Source: Clostridia bacterium (GTDB lineage: Bacteria; Bacillota; Clostridia; Christensenellales; UBA1242). From it: a DNA stretch of 64,000 nucleotides. The stretch is from contig JAZUBK010000043.1 of the NCBI GenBank assembly GCA_045638465.1, forward strand, positions 8,416-72,415. The letters are read 5' to 3'. The position numbers were made by a program, and so were the translations under genes. The notes beneath the pieces are model-generated. The model had not been told where the DNA came from, did no database searches, and saw nothing but the letters and a program-made list of their open reading frames with translations. Shown here piece by piece: positions 37,553 to 47,065 of this stretch; position 1 is the first letter of the stretch, and each line of letters begins with the position of its first letter.

Positions 37553-39364
37553 TTATAATGTATTTTCTTTTGGAGTTACACTAAAGAATGAAACAATCTC
37601 GTCTCCGTCTTTTATAACTATAGAAAATCTTACATTGTTACCATAACTTGTTCCTGTTTTCATCACGCTGAAATATTCAGTTGTATTGATAACATAACAA
37701 TGATTTGTTTTGTCCAAATAATACTCGCAACTTCCAGCATCAGTCCACTCTATTGATTGAGGATTTACGCCATACTCGTCACAATATTTTGTTACGTCCA
37801 AAACAGAGCAGTAAATGTCTTGCATAACAAAGTTTGTTGTAACCGCTCCATCAACTGTAAGTGTATATGAAATAGGAATATTTGTTGTCAAAGAGCTATA
37901 TATTTTTTTATCAACAAGTTCTGACTCTAACTTGTGAAGGGCGTTTTCTACAGTAACCACGATAGAATATGTCTTTCCATCTTGTAGTGATGTAAGGAAG
38001 GTAGAAGGAATAATAATGTTATAATCAGAAATTTGAGCTTCACTAGCATCTAGAGCAATAAATGAGCCGTTATTTATAAATTTACCATCAACACCACCCT
38101 CAGCATCAAGAACTTTTGTTTCAGCCTCTGTGTAGTGAGTTTCGGTTTGGTTGCCTGTATTTTCAAAAGGAACAAGTACATGGCTTTTTTTGTTGCCAAT
38201 AATTACACCATTATTTGTGCAATTAATTACTTCATGAATATTTTGAACTATGGTATTTGTTTTGTATGTGTCATTACCAAAGAATATTCCGATAGAACCT
38301 GTAGTTGTTACATCTGCATTGTTTACACAATTTCTAAAAGTAACTTTTCCATCTGTTTTTGGATAACCACCAACAAAAATTCCACTCCAACTTGAAGTTG
38401 AATTTATTTTTGTTACGTCCATTGTGCAATTTGTTATATCAAAAGACGCATCGTGCATAACGTGACTGATAAACGCAGATTTATTTGTTCCTTGTTGATT
38501 AATTGGGGCGCCGTTTGAATCTATAGTAATATTCTCAAATTTTGTTGTATCTCTACGTGCTCCTTCATTATAAACGCCACCGCTTGTATAAAAAGCAAGA
38601 CCTACAACACTGTCTGCCAAAGAAACATCTAGGTTTTTAATTGTTGTATCTACTATTATGTTAAATATATAACCTGAAGGAAAGTTGGTTGGGTTTACAT
38701 TAGAAAGTTTGTAATTTCCCTCATTATCATTTGTAAAAACATTTGTTTTTGCTCCGTCTAGTACAAATGAAGAATAACCAGTTGCGGTAATTACTTGGCT
38801 ATCAAAGACGATATCATTTATTAATCTAAAATATTGTTTTGAGGTTTCATAAGTCCAAGTTTTTACACCACTTTTCTCAGCGCTTACTACATTTACTGTA
38901 GCATATCCAGTTGTTTTAACAACTTTGTCATAAGTGTCTGAACTAGGGACTTTTGTATCTCCTTGGTAATAATCTACTTCTTCGCTACTTGTAAGTGCAG
39001 AAACAGAATCTGCCATTTTCTTGAAATGCTCTTCGGTAGAAATAAGATATGGATTTTCTTGTGTTCCGTTACCACCTTTTGCAATTAGTGTAGCGGTATC
39101 ATTTTTCCAACCTTTTAATACCCATTGTCTAGCATAACCATTTTCATCTTCTAGAACAGGCCAATTTGTTTGGTCATTTAAATCTTTTTTATCAATCTTC
39201 TTTACAACATTTTTTGTAGAAGAATCGTTATCTTCATCAAAAACCAAGGTATAACTAGAGTTTTCTTTGTCTCCATCGTTATTGCCACAAGCCGTAAACA
39301 TGCCTGTGCAACATATTGCAGCCAAAGAACCTAACGCTATCTTTTTTAGAATATCCTTTTTCAT
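37553..39364 (-). CDS. Large surface lipoprotein of unknown function (beta-helix-like)
   Basis: 603 aa. Lipobox CCTGMFTAC. Asn/Thr/Gly-rich repetitive body with no catalytic motif recognised. Confidence 0.6.
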   Translation of the reverse strand: MKKDILKKIALGSLAAICCTGMFTACGNNDGDKENSSYTLVFDEDNDSSTKNVVKKIDKKDLNDQTNWPVLEDENGYARQWVLKGWKNDTATLIAKGGNGTQENPYLISTEEHFKKMADSVSALTSSEEVDYYQGDTKVPSSDTYDKVVKTTGYATVNVVSAEKSGVKTWTYETSKQYFRLINDIVFDSQVITATGYSSFVLDGAKTNVFTNDNEGNYKLSNVNPTNFPSGYIFNIIVDTTIKNLDVSLADSVVGLAFYTSGGVYNEGARRDTTKFENITIDSNGAPINQQGTNKSAFISHVMHDASFDITNCTMDVTKINSTSSWSGIFVGGYPKTDGKVTFRNCVNNADVTTTGSIGIFFGNDTYKTNTIVQNIHEVINCTNNGVIIGNKKSHVLVPFENTGNQTETHYTEAETKVLDAEGGVDGKFINNGSFIALDASEAQISDYNIIIPSTFLTSLQDGKTYSIVVTVENALHKLESELVDKKIYSSLTTNIPISYTLTVDGAVTTNFVMQDIYCSVLDVTKYCDEYGVNPQSIEWTDAGSCEYYLDKTNHCYVINTTEYFSVMKTGTSYGNNVRFSIVIKDGDEIVSFFSVTPKENTL

Positions 39365-39538
39365 TTTTACCTCCTAAAAAATTCTACTTTTATTGTACAT
39401 TTTTTATTCTCTCTATGTCAAATTATTTATATATATATTATGCGTATAACTTAATTAAAATATCAATCTAAAATCTTCCCCTTGTGCCTAAGCAAAGCTT
39501 TTTTTTATAATTAAAATAATTATTCTAAACTTCATTGT

Positions 39539-39567
39539 TTGATTTTTAATAAAAAGTATATTATAAT
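39539..39567 (+). promoter_or_regulatory. Putative promoter of the tRNA-Arg gene
   Basis: TTGATT (39539-39544), 17-nt spacer, TATAAT (39562-39567), about 30 nt upstream of the tRNA 5' end. Confidence 0.55.
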
Positions 39568-39596
39568 AGCAATATCGCAAAGCAATACAAGATTAT

Positions 39597-39671
39597 GTTT
39601 TTGTAGTTCAATGGATAGAACAGTCGCCTCCTAAGCGACCGATGCGGGTTCGATTCCCGCCGAGAACACCA
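39597..39671 (+). tRNA. tRNA-Arg (anticodon CCT)
   Basis: Manual cloverleaf. Acceptor gtttttg/cgagaac (two G-U pairs), D arm gttc..gaac, anticodon stem gtcgc/gcgac with loop ctCCTaa, T arm gcggg-ttcgatt-cccgc, encoded CCA. Confidence 0.85.
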
Positions 39672-39680
39672 CAAAAAAAA

Positions 39681-39708
39681 CGCCTCAGATTTTTGAGGCG
39701 TTTTTTTT
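39681..39708 (+). terminator. Intrinsic terminator after tRNA-Arg
   Basis: Stem cgcctca / tgaggcg followed by a T8 run. Confidence 0.75.
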
Positions 39709-39794
39709 GATTAAAAGAAAACCACGGCTTTTATATTTGATAAAAATATTGTGCTGTGGTATACTGACCTTGGAATTTTTGAGAGGGAAAAATT

Positions 39795-40823
39795 ATGAAT
39801 AACAAAAAGAACATTGTTGCTTTTGGGGAGATTATGCTAAGGCTTACTCCACCTGATTATACAACTATCGCCCAAGCTAGAAACTTCATCGCAAATTATG
39901 GCGGTGGCGAAGCAAATGTTTTAGTCTCACTATCACATTTGGGCCACAACACTGAGTTTATAACAAAAGTACCTGACAACCAACTTGGCGAATCTGCAAT
40001 AAAACACCTAAAAGGCCACGGAGTAAATACAGATCATATCGCAAGGGGCGGATCTAACCTTGGTATGTATTTTGTAGAAACAGGTTTTGGTGGTAGACCA
40101 TCAAAAGTTTTGTATAACCGTAAATACTCATCTGTTACTACTATTGAACCAAAAGACATTGATTTTGACGAAGTGTTTTCTAACGCTAGTTGGTTTCATC
40201 TTTCTGGCATCACTCTTGCTCTTGGCAATCACACTAGAACACTTGCCTATAAGTGCCTTGAGTACTGCGTAAAGTACGGCGTAAAAGTTTCTTTTGACTT
40301 TAACTACCGCTCTAAACTTTGGGATAATATTGATAGTGCAAGACCATATTTTAAAAAGGTTATTCCTTTTGTTGACGTATTGTTTGCGAACCATTTTGAT
40401 ATTCAAGAGATTTTGGAAGTAAAGCTAGACGAAGAACCTTCAGATCTTATAACAAAGAAAATTGAACTTTCTAAAAAGCTGATTTCTCAAACAAAACTAA
40501 CATATGTGTTTGGCACTGATCGTGTCGTTCACACCGCCAGTGACAACTCGTTGTCTTCATACTGCATAGATAAAAAAGGCAACTACCATAGCCACGGACC
40601 AATTAGATTTTCTATCTATGACCGAATAGGTGGTGGTGATGCTTTTGCCTCTGGAGTTTTACATGGTCTAATCAAAGATTTTAAAAACCCAGAGTACGCA
40701 CTAAAGTTTGGCCTTGCTACATCTATACTAGAGCATACTTTGTATGGCGACGTTTCTACATTGTCAGAAGCAGAGGTTGAAGAGTTTATCAAAACCAACG
40801 GCGACGCCAGTATCCAAAGATAA
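39795..40823 (+). CDS. kdgK: PfkB-family sugar kinase, 2-dehydro-3-deoxygluconokinase-like
   Basis: 342 aa. FGEIMLRLTP, GGGEANV, C-terminal DRIGGGDAFASG is the PfkB signature. Confidence 0.65.
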   Translation: MNNKKNIVAFGEIMLRLTPPDYTTIAQARNFIANYGGGEANVLVSLSHLGHNTEFITKVPDNQLGESAIKHLKGHGVNTDHIARGGSNLGMYFVETGFGGRPSKVLYNRKYSSVTTIEPKDIDFDEVFSNASWFHLSGITLALGNHTRTLAYKCLEYCVKYGVKVSFDFNYRSKLWDNIDSARPYFKKVIPFVDVLFANHFDIQEILEVKLDEEPSDLITKKIELSKKLISQTKLTYVFGTDRVVHTASDNSLSSYCIDKKGNYHSHGPIRFSIYDRIGGGDAFASGVLHGLIKDFKNPEYALKFGLATSILEHTLYGDVSTLSEAEVEEFIKTNGDASIQR

Positions 40824-40831
40824 TCATAAAA

Positions 40832-40859
40832 AGAACCTAAAACATAGGTTCTTTTTTTT
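40832..40859 (+). terminator. Intrinsic terminator
   Basis: Stem agaaccta / taggttct followed by a T-run. Confidence 0.7.
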
Positions 40860-40889
40860 ATTTTTTCAGTTTTTGCAAATTTTGGGGTA

Positions 40890-40918
40890 TTGACAGTGGG
40901 CTTTGGTTGGGGTAAACT
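40890..40918 (+). promoter_or_regulatory. Putative promoter of the 476-aa orphan gene
   Basis: TTGACA (40890-40895), 17-nt spacer, TAAACT (40913-40918). Confidence 0.5.
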
Positions 40919-40950
40919 ATTATTGTCGTAAGACAATAAGGAGATATTAA

Positions 40951-42381
40951 ATGTATTATACTAAACAAAAAGGTTTTGGACCATTTAAGCGTTGGGCTTT
41001 GATGGAAAAGGTTACACCTAGACACAAAGAGGAAGAAGTAAAACTAAGAAATGGCTTTTTGTACACAGAAGGTGGCAAAAGACCTATCAGTTCTGCACAA
41101 ATCACTATTGACAAAGACGGTTTTATTGTATTTGAAGGTACAGGCAGAACTTCTGTTAGGGCAAAATCTTTTGAAGCATATAGTAATGGATATGTATTTA
41201 GAACTGACGAAGGCACACAAGGTTATATAGCAAGAAATGGTAACGTTGTAAATCCAGTTCAAAAAGGATATACATACAAAGATGGTGCTACTGTCACTGG
41301 CGTTGAAGTAAGTGGCAAGACACTTGTTTTCCAAAAGGTTTCTAACGATGGAAAAATCTTCTATACAGTAGGCGACGCTCTATCTGGCCTTGAAGTTTTC
41401 CCAGGAAAATATACTAGTTATTCTTTTGGTGACAGAGAGGAAGGAATCCTTGGCAAATTTATTATCCTAGGCAATGCAGACGGAACAAAAACCATTGTAA
41501 ACCATGCTTGGGCTATGCTAGGCGAAAACATCACAAAATATGCAAAGTGCGATGAAACTTTGTATTTGCTAAGCAACACACCAAAGAATCCAAACGGCCA
41601 CAAAACAGTGCTTGAAGGTTACCCTATAGCAACTGCAACTACTGGAACACCTACTTTGAAATTTTTGCAATATGGCGTAACAGAATTTGACATAGATTAT
41701 AGAGAGTTGATCACATATGATGGCAAACTATCTACAGTATATGACGTTTCACCTTACGAAAAAGGTTCTATTATCCCTAGATTCTCTAGAGAGGGTAAGA
41801 TCACAAACATTTCACCTATGTTCGACGAACATGATTTCTATACATTAGAAAAAGACGGCGAAAAAACAGTTCTTCTAGAAAATGGTACTCCATGTAACAA
41901 CCCAGAGCTAAAAGGCCTAAAATCTATCGGCGAAAGACATGGTTTTGCTTACGTTGTAGATGTAGAAACTAAAGACGGAGTAAAACACGGCGTTGTTAGA
42001 ACAAAAGACCTTTCTACACTTGTTGCTCCTCGATATGACAGAATAAAATTTTTGGGAAGAGATGAAGACGAAGAAAAACTTTGTCTTGCAACTTTTGGTC
42101 AAACATTTAGAATAGACAAATTTACTCCTGCATGTATTTCTGGACAAGAAACAATTTATACATCAGAAAATTTAGTTCCTCTAAACCAATATGAAAAGGC
42201 ACAACTAATCAAAAACGAGCCTTACACTCTATATGTATCAGATTCTGTTGATGAATGCAAAGTTCTTGACCTTAGCGGAAAAGATAACAGACCAGTTGCT
42301 TATAATGCAGCAGTATATGCAAGTAAACAACTTGGAATTCCTCTTCCATCAAAAGATATTGAATTTGTAAAAGATTGTTAA
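40951..42381 (+). CDS. Hypothetical cytoplasmic protein, no recognisable domain
   Basis: 476-aa ORF with RBS AAGGAG. No signal peptide or TM. Beta-rich, Gly/Thr/Lys-rich sequence. Confidence 0.6.
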   Translation: MYYTKQKGFGPFKRWALMEKVTPRHKEEEVKLRNGFLYTEGGKRPISSAQITIDKDGFIVFEGTGRTSVRAKSFEAYSNGYVFRTDEGTQGYIARNGNVVNPVQKGYTYKDGATVTGVEVSGKTLVFQKVSNDGKIFYTVGDALSGLEVFPGKYTSYSFGDREEGILGKFIILGNADGTKTIVNHAWAMLGENITKYAKCDETLYLLSNTPKNPNGHKTVLEGYPIATATTGTPTLKFLQYGVTEFDIDYRELITYDGKLSTVYDVSPYEKGSIIPRFSREGKITNISPMFDEHDFYTLEKDGEKTVLLENGTPCNNPELKGLKSIGERHGFAYVVDVETKDGVKHGVVRTKDLSTLVAPRYDRIKFLGRDEDEEKLCLATFGQTFRIDKFTPACISGQETIYTSENLVPLNQYEKAQLIKNEPYTLYVSDSVDECKVLDLSGKDNRPVAYNAAVYASKQLGIPLPSKDIEFVKDC

Positions 42382-42385
42382 TAAA

Positions 42386-42421
42386 CAAAAAAACACATAT
42401 CACTTTTGATATGTGTTTTTT
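42386..42421. terminator. Bidirectional intrinsic terminator
   Basis: Perfect 10-bp stem acacatatca / tgatatgtgt, flanked by an A-run and a T-run. Confidence 0.75.
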
Positions 42422-42427
42422 ATTTTT

Positions 42428-43006
42428 CTAAATTGGCAAAGCATATAGCAAAAGCCCTAAAGATGCAGAAATCAAAATAATGATTATTGGTGACAGCTTT
42501 TTGTTTTTTACTTTTAACAAGGTAAAGTATAAAGTAGCAAGAATACCAAATATTACAATACCCTTCCAATCGATAACCATTTTGTCGCCGATAGTTGCAA
42601 CATTGAAGATTGTGCTTATAATCATAGTAATTGAAGTAGCCAAAATAAGTCCAACAACAGCAGGTCTTATCCCACTAAGCACCCCTTGAACTCCTGCGTA
42701 TTTTAGAATATTTTTTAAAACCGCACTAACTATAAGTATAATAATAAAAGCAGGAAGTACCACTCCTAGAGTGGCAAGAAAAGCCCCTAAGATTCCACCC
42801 TGAGAAGAACCTATAAAGGTTGCCATATTTACAGCTATTGGGCCAGGGGTTGATTCTGATACCGCAATAAAGTTCATAAAGACATCTTCAGTTAGCCAAC
42901 CATTAGACAACACCTCTTCTCTCATAAGAGGAATCATACCATATCCGCCACCAAAAGAGACTGCACCAATTTTGAGAAAGGTTAAAAATAGTTTTAGATA
43001 AATCAT
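42428..43006 (-). CDS. chrA: Chromate transporter family protein (short CHR, second half of pair)
   Basis: 192 aa. GAVSFGGGYGMIPLMREEV and ESTPGPIAVN are CHR motifs. Confidence 0.75.
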   Translation of the reverse strand: MIYLKLFLTFLKIGAVSFGGGYGMIPLMREEVLSNGWLTEDVFMNFIAVSESTPGPIAVNMATFIGSSQGGILGAFLATLGVVLPAFIIILIVSAVLKNILKYAGVQGVLSGIRPAVVGLILATSITMIISTIFNVATIGDKMVIDWKGIVIFGILATLYFTLLKVKNKKLSPIIIILISASLGLLLYALPI

Positions 43007-43866
43007 TTCTTGCCCTCCTTTTTCTTAGGAGGTTTTTTAGTAGAAGATTTATTTTTTCTTTCTTTTTTATAATCGACCTTTTCAGAATCTGGCTTTGTTT
43101 CTTCTTTTTCTGTATTAGGCTCTATTTCTGTTGAAGTTTTGTTTTCATTTAATTTTTCAAAAATATCATCTAACTTTTCGCTATCGTTTTCTATTTCTTT
43201 TGATATAGCAGATAGTGTTTCTTTGCTTTCGGTTATTTTTTCTTGATTTAGTTTTGAATCTTCTACCTGCATATTTTGGGTTTGTTTAGCAAGTTTTCTT
43301 TTTGTAATTATATTGCAAATGTGATAGCTAAATAGTCCCACGATGCCACTAATTAAAATATAATAAATAGATGAAAATTTAACCGCAAATAACGAAAAAC
43401 AAATCATAAGTATTGCAGTAACTGACAAGATGATTATTGGCAAAGGTTTTCGCTTGATGTCTTTTAACATCTTAACCCCTGCAGTAAATATCAAAAATGC
43501 CACGCCTACTTGAATACCTCTGAAAGCATACGCCACATACTCCAAAGACAAAAAAGCATCTAAAAATAGTGAAATAACAAATATAATAACAAAAGATGGA
43601 ATACATACTGCAACCGTTGCAGCAAGTGAACCCCAAAATTTCGCCATTTTATAACCTATATATGTAGCACTATTTATTGCGATAGGCCCAGGCGAAGATT
43701 CTGCTATAGCTATCATATCCAAAAACTCTTCTTTTGACATCCATTTACGTTTGGATACAAATTCATTTTCTAAAAGCGCAATCATACCATATCCGCCGCC
43801 AAAAGTAAATAAGCCTATCTTGAGCATGGTATAAAATAGCGTAAAAACAATTTTTCCTTTTTTCAT
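43003..43866 (-). CDS. chrA: Chromate transporter family protein (short CHR, first half of pair) with a ~95-aa Lys/Glu-rich C-terminal tail
   Basis: 287 aa. GLFTFGGGYGMIALLENE and ESSPGPIAIN. 4-nt overlap with the downstream partner. Confidence 0.75.
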   Translation of the reverse strand: MKKGKIVFTLFYTMLKIGLFTFGGGYGMIALLENEFVSKRKWMSKEEFLDMIAIAESSPGPIAINSATYIGYKMAKFWGSLAATVAVCIPSFVIIFVISLFLDAFLSLEYVAYAFRGIQVGVAFLIFTAGVKMLKDIKRKPLPIIILSVTAILMICFSLFAVKFSSIYYILISGIVGLFSYHICNIITKRKLAKQTQNMQVEDSKLNQEKITESKETLSAISKEIENDSEKLDDIFEKLNENKTSTEIEPNTEKEETKPDSEKVDYKKERKNKSSTKKPPKKKEGKK

Positions 43867-43929
43867 AGATTTTCCTTTTATGTGTTTATTGTATATTTTT
43901 TATATCTTCTTATCAAGCGTTTGACAAAT

Positions 43930-43957
43930 AAAAAAACCACAAGGGTTTACCTTGTGG
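43930..43957 (-). terminator. Intrinsic terminator
   Basis: Stem ccacaagg / ccttgtgg, followed by a T-run on the minus strand. Confidence 0.65.
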
Positions 43958-43964
43958 TAATTTT

Positions 43965-44594
43965 TTATTCGTCGTCTTCTTCGTATTCGCCGATACCAAA
44001 CTCTCTTTTTATTGCTTGGCTATATTGTCTTACGTGTACTTTGGCTCTCATCATACGATAATTCTTTATCTGACTTGCTCTTAATTTCGGCAGGTCGATG
44101 GCGAGCATCTCAAAACCATCCCAAAAGAATGTCCATGCGATAATTGATATAAGTAGGTCAACAAATGGTTGGCCCCATACATACAATACTACAAATTCTA
44201 AAAGCGCTACTAACACACCTAAAAGAAGTAGCATTGATCCCAAAAGAATATTTTTCTTCATTTCCTTATTTTGGGTTACTATCCTTTCGGCATAGTGTCT
44301 TTTTACGGCTCTTCTTATACGTTTTTTATCAAAGTTGTCAGTTGGCTCTTCGGTATAGATATCTATAGAGATATCGTCTTTTTGTGGAAATTGTCCAGCA
44401 AACATCTCTACATACTCTATAACGTCTTTGCTTACCATATCGTAAGTTTTGAACGAGCATGGATAGAAAAAGTCTTCTAGTTCTTTTAGTCCCACGTTAA
44501 TTATTGCATTGCCTTGGTCATCGTATTCGATATCTTCGGCTTCTTTCATCGGCGTACTTTTCTTTAATTTTCTTAAAGTTTTACTTCCAAACAT
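43965..44594 (-). CDS. Hypothetical membrane protein (cytosolic N-domain, 2 TM, acidic C-terminus)
   Basis: 209-aa ORF. Hydrophobic segments ILLGSMLLLLGVLVALLEFVVLYV and LLISIIAWTFFWDGF. Confidence 0.5.
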   Translation of the reverse strand: MFGSKTLRKLKKSTPMKEAEDIEYDDQGNAIINVGLKELEDFFYPCSFKTYDMVSKDVIEYVEMFAGQFPQKDDISIDIYTEEPTDNFDKKRIRRAVKRHYAERIVTQNKEMKKNILLGSMLLLLGVLVALLEFVVLYVWGQPFVDLLISIIAWTFFWDGFEMLAIDLPKLRASQIKNYRMMRAKVHVRQYSQAIKREFGIGEYEEDDE

Positions 44595-44737
44595 AAAATA
44601 TTTTTTTAATAAACTCCTTATGTCAATATTTCATTGACCACCATATTATACCCTTTTAAACATTTTTTGTCAAATATCCTAACATTGGGGCAATAGTAAA
44701 GGCAACCCAAAAGCCTTTTTGAGTTGCCTTATATTAT

Positions 44738-45325
44738 TTATACAAAGTCGTTTTGCTTTGGTTTTGATTTAGATTTCTTTGAGGCTTTTTCTTTGGTTTC
44801 ATTAATTACTGTTTTGATTTCTTTATAAAGTTCGTATGGATTTTGAACAGAATAAAAACTAAAAGCAGCTCCGCCACCTGCAGTCATTGGACTTGCCACA
44901 CTACCAAAACTAATTGTGCCTGTATTTTTGCGGAATAATTTGTCTAAAAGACCAACCCCTACATCAATCGCACCAATCATATCAATATCAAGGCTTTTAT
45001 AATCAACGCCAATTACACCACATCTTATGATAACTCTTTTGTTAGAGTAAGCATAAAATCTCTTTTTATAAGAAAGATATGTACAGAAGATAAGCAAAAA
45101 GTCTAAAACCACAACTATCGCAACTATTACAATTAATACGCCTATAGGTGCTACTTCTCCCAATTCGTCAGGAATAGTAACAGTCATAACGCCAAAACCA
45201 ACAAAGAATAATGTAAATATTATTGCGCCTAAAACACTAGACCAAAAGAACTTGAACTTATTTGGCTTTAATACTTTAATAATTTTTTCGTCGCTATCTA
45301 AGATATTGTCAAATAGATTTTCCAT
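44738..45325 (-). CDS. Membrane protein with bacterial PH (bPH_2/YdbS-like) domain
   Basis: 195 aa. Two TMs followed by YAYSNKRVIIRCGVIGVDYKSLDIDMIGAIDV, typical of the membrane-flanked bPH_2 family. Confidence 0.6.
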   Translation of the reverse strand: MENLFDNILDSDEKIIKVLKPNKFKFFWSSVLGAIIFTLFFVGFGVMTVTIPDELGEVAPIGVLIVIVAIVVVLDFLLIFCTYLSYKKRFYAYSNKRVIIRCGVIGVDYKSLDIDMIGAIDVGVGLLDKLFRKNTGTISFGSVASPMTAGGGAAFSFYSVQNPYELYKEIKTVINETKEKASKKSKSKPKQNDFV

Positions 45326-45351
45326 AATTATTCTCCTATTTATCTGGTTAA

Positions 45352-45852
45352 TTATTTTGTTGTCTTATTTCTTTTTAGATTCTCTTTGCTCTCATCAACA
45401 ACCTTATAATAAGAAGGAAGGCTAAGCAAAACCATCATTACTACAAAACCTGCGCCTGGCAAAAGAACTAATAATAAATAGAACCATTCTCTGCCACTAT
45501 CTTTAATTCTTCTTATGGTACAAGTTATGCCAGGAATTACTGTACAAATAAGATATACTATTCCTATCCATTGATAAGCTATCACTCCTAGCAAAGCAAT
45601 AATTACATTAACCATTGTCGCATACCAAAATTCTTTTACAGATGTTAGCGACTTAATATCAAATATTTTAACCCAAAAATCTCTTACGGCAAATCCCACA
45701 TCTACAAAGAAGTTTCTTTTGCGGTTGCTTTCTTTACTCTTTTTCAAAAGCATTCTTTCAATTTTGATTTCTCTTTCGGTCATCTTTTTTCCACACACTG
45801 GGCATGGCTCTTTTAAATTTTTAATTTCGTTTCCACATTTTGGACATTTCAT
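45352..45852 (-). CDS. Zinc-ribbon + DUF805-like membrane protein
   Basis: 166 aa. N-terminal CPKCG...CPVCG. TIRRIKDSGREWFYLLL resembles the DUF805 RR(L/I)HD(T/S)G(R/K)SGWW motif. Confidence 0.55.
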   Translation of the reverse strand: MKCPKCGNEIKNLKEPCPVCGKKMTEREIKIERMLLKKSKESNRKRNFFVDVGFAVRDFWVKIFDIKSLTSVKEFWYATMVNVIIALLGVIAYQWIGIVYLICTVIPGITCTIRRIKDSGREWFYLLLVLLPGAGFVVMMVLLSLPSYYKVVDESKENLKRNKTTK

Positions 45853-45870
45853 AAGTAGTTAAATTTCCTT

Positions 45871-46425
45871 TTAGTTGTATTTGTTGCAATATGGACATTC
45901 TGTGTCATTAGTGTTTTTTACATAAACACCGCCACAACCTTCGCACTTGATAGACCTTGCCTTGAAGGTCTTTTTTTCAAAACCATATATTGGCTCTTCG
46001 GTGATTTCAACAGCTGAGATATACCCAAACCTAAATAATCTGCTCACATATTTTCTGGTGCGCCTTGGTGACATTTTTAGCTTTTCGCTTAGTGACTGAT
46101 AATCTGTCACACCCTCTTGAATAAGTGCCCAAGTTCTTTTCATATTTCTTAGTCGTCGAAAGTTTGTCCAGATAAATGGTAAACCATAGAATCCTGCAAA
46201 CACACAAACGATTGAAAATACAAAAGTAACAAGAGATCTTTTTATATCAAAGGCAGACAAAATAATCATTGGTATACACGCTACAAACATCAGCGAAATA
46301 AGTATGCCAACAATCAAATTTAGTTTGATCTTTTTGTTAAGTTGATTCATTAATTTATTCCTTTTTACAATAGGTATTATATCATCACTAAAATATATTC
46401 CCAAACGATTTTGCACCATTGCCAA
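45871..46425 (-). CDS. Two-TM protein with a putative winged-helix segment and a C-terminal zinc ribbon
   Basis: 184-aa ORF. A later start at MNQLNKK is possible. CEGCGG...CPYC at the C-terminus. Confidence 0.5.
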   Translation of the reverse strand: MAMVQNRLGIYFSDDIIPIVKRNKLMNQLNKKIKLNLIVGILISLMFVACIPMIILSAFDIKRSLVTFVFSIVCVFAGFYGLPFIWTNFRRLRNMKRTWALIQEGVTDYQSLSEKLKMSPRRTRKYVSRLFRFGYISAVEITEEPIYGFEKKTFKARSIKCEGCGGVYVKNTNDTECPYCNKYN

Positions 46426-47065
46426 AAAAATTGCTTGTTTTATTTTTTGTCCCTATCCAAACTATTGCCTCATAAATCTTTTAACTTTCCACTCTAAAAG
46501 CATAGTATCTGTTTTGCTTTTTCATAAAAAATTACGTAAAAAACTCACAGTTTATTTTAGATGAAATAGGCATAAAAAAAATTACTCAAACATGCCGCAA
46601 ACAGCACCCCTAATCAAACCTTTATTTTCGACCATAAACTTAATAATTTATATGTCACGAATTTTCATTTTTATTAATTTTGTTGACAGATAAAAAGTCT
46701 CTAAAGTTATAACATTTTTGCAAATAAACGGCAATAAAATATTTTTCAATAAATAGACAATTTCTACTCATCTTACCCCGCCCCTTTAGCAACGGCCAAA
46801 AAACCGACCATGTGGTTTTGTTTCTCAAAAATTGCTTCACTTTTCCCCCGCAAATTGTGAGTCAATTTTTAGCCCAAATTATCACAAAAACCCCGCCGAA
46901 CGTTTGGTCTGATTTTTTATAAAAAGCCTATATTTAGGCGTTTTTTAATAAGACCAGACGGTCGGAAATGATTTTTTATCATCAGAAGAAAAAAGTGAGA
47001 AAACCACCCTAAAAAACACCTCAAAAAATGTTGCAAAAGTGCCACTAATTTTTGAACAAAAAGGA

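Noticed and set aside
42428-43866. Split chrA as a pseudogene
   Set aside because: Two adjacent short-CHR genes with a 4-nt overlap, each carrying its own FGGGYGMI and ES.PGP motifs, are the normal heterodimeric arrangement of this family. There is no frameshift signature.
46655-46840. 61-aa minus-strand ORF in the large intergenic region
   Set aside because: It has no RBS and no recognisable sequence. It overlaps the candidate structured RNA region and is treated as non-coding.
39672-46910. tRNA-Arg-anchored genomic island, suggested by the tRNA 3' segment cccgccga recurring at 46892-46899
   Set aside because: Only 8-9 nt match, followed by divergence. There is no integrase, excisionase or other mobility gene in between, and the intervening genes have ordinary signals. 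The evidence is too weak for an att repeat.
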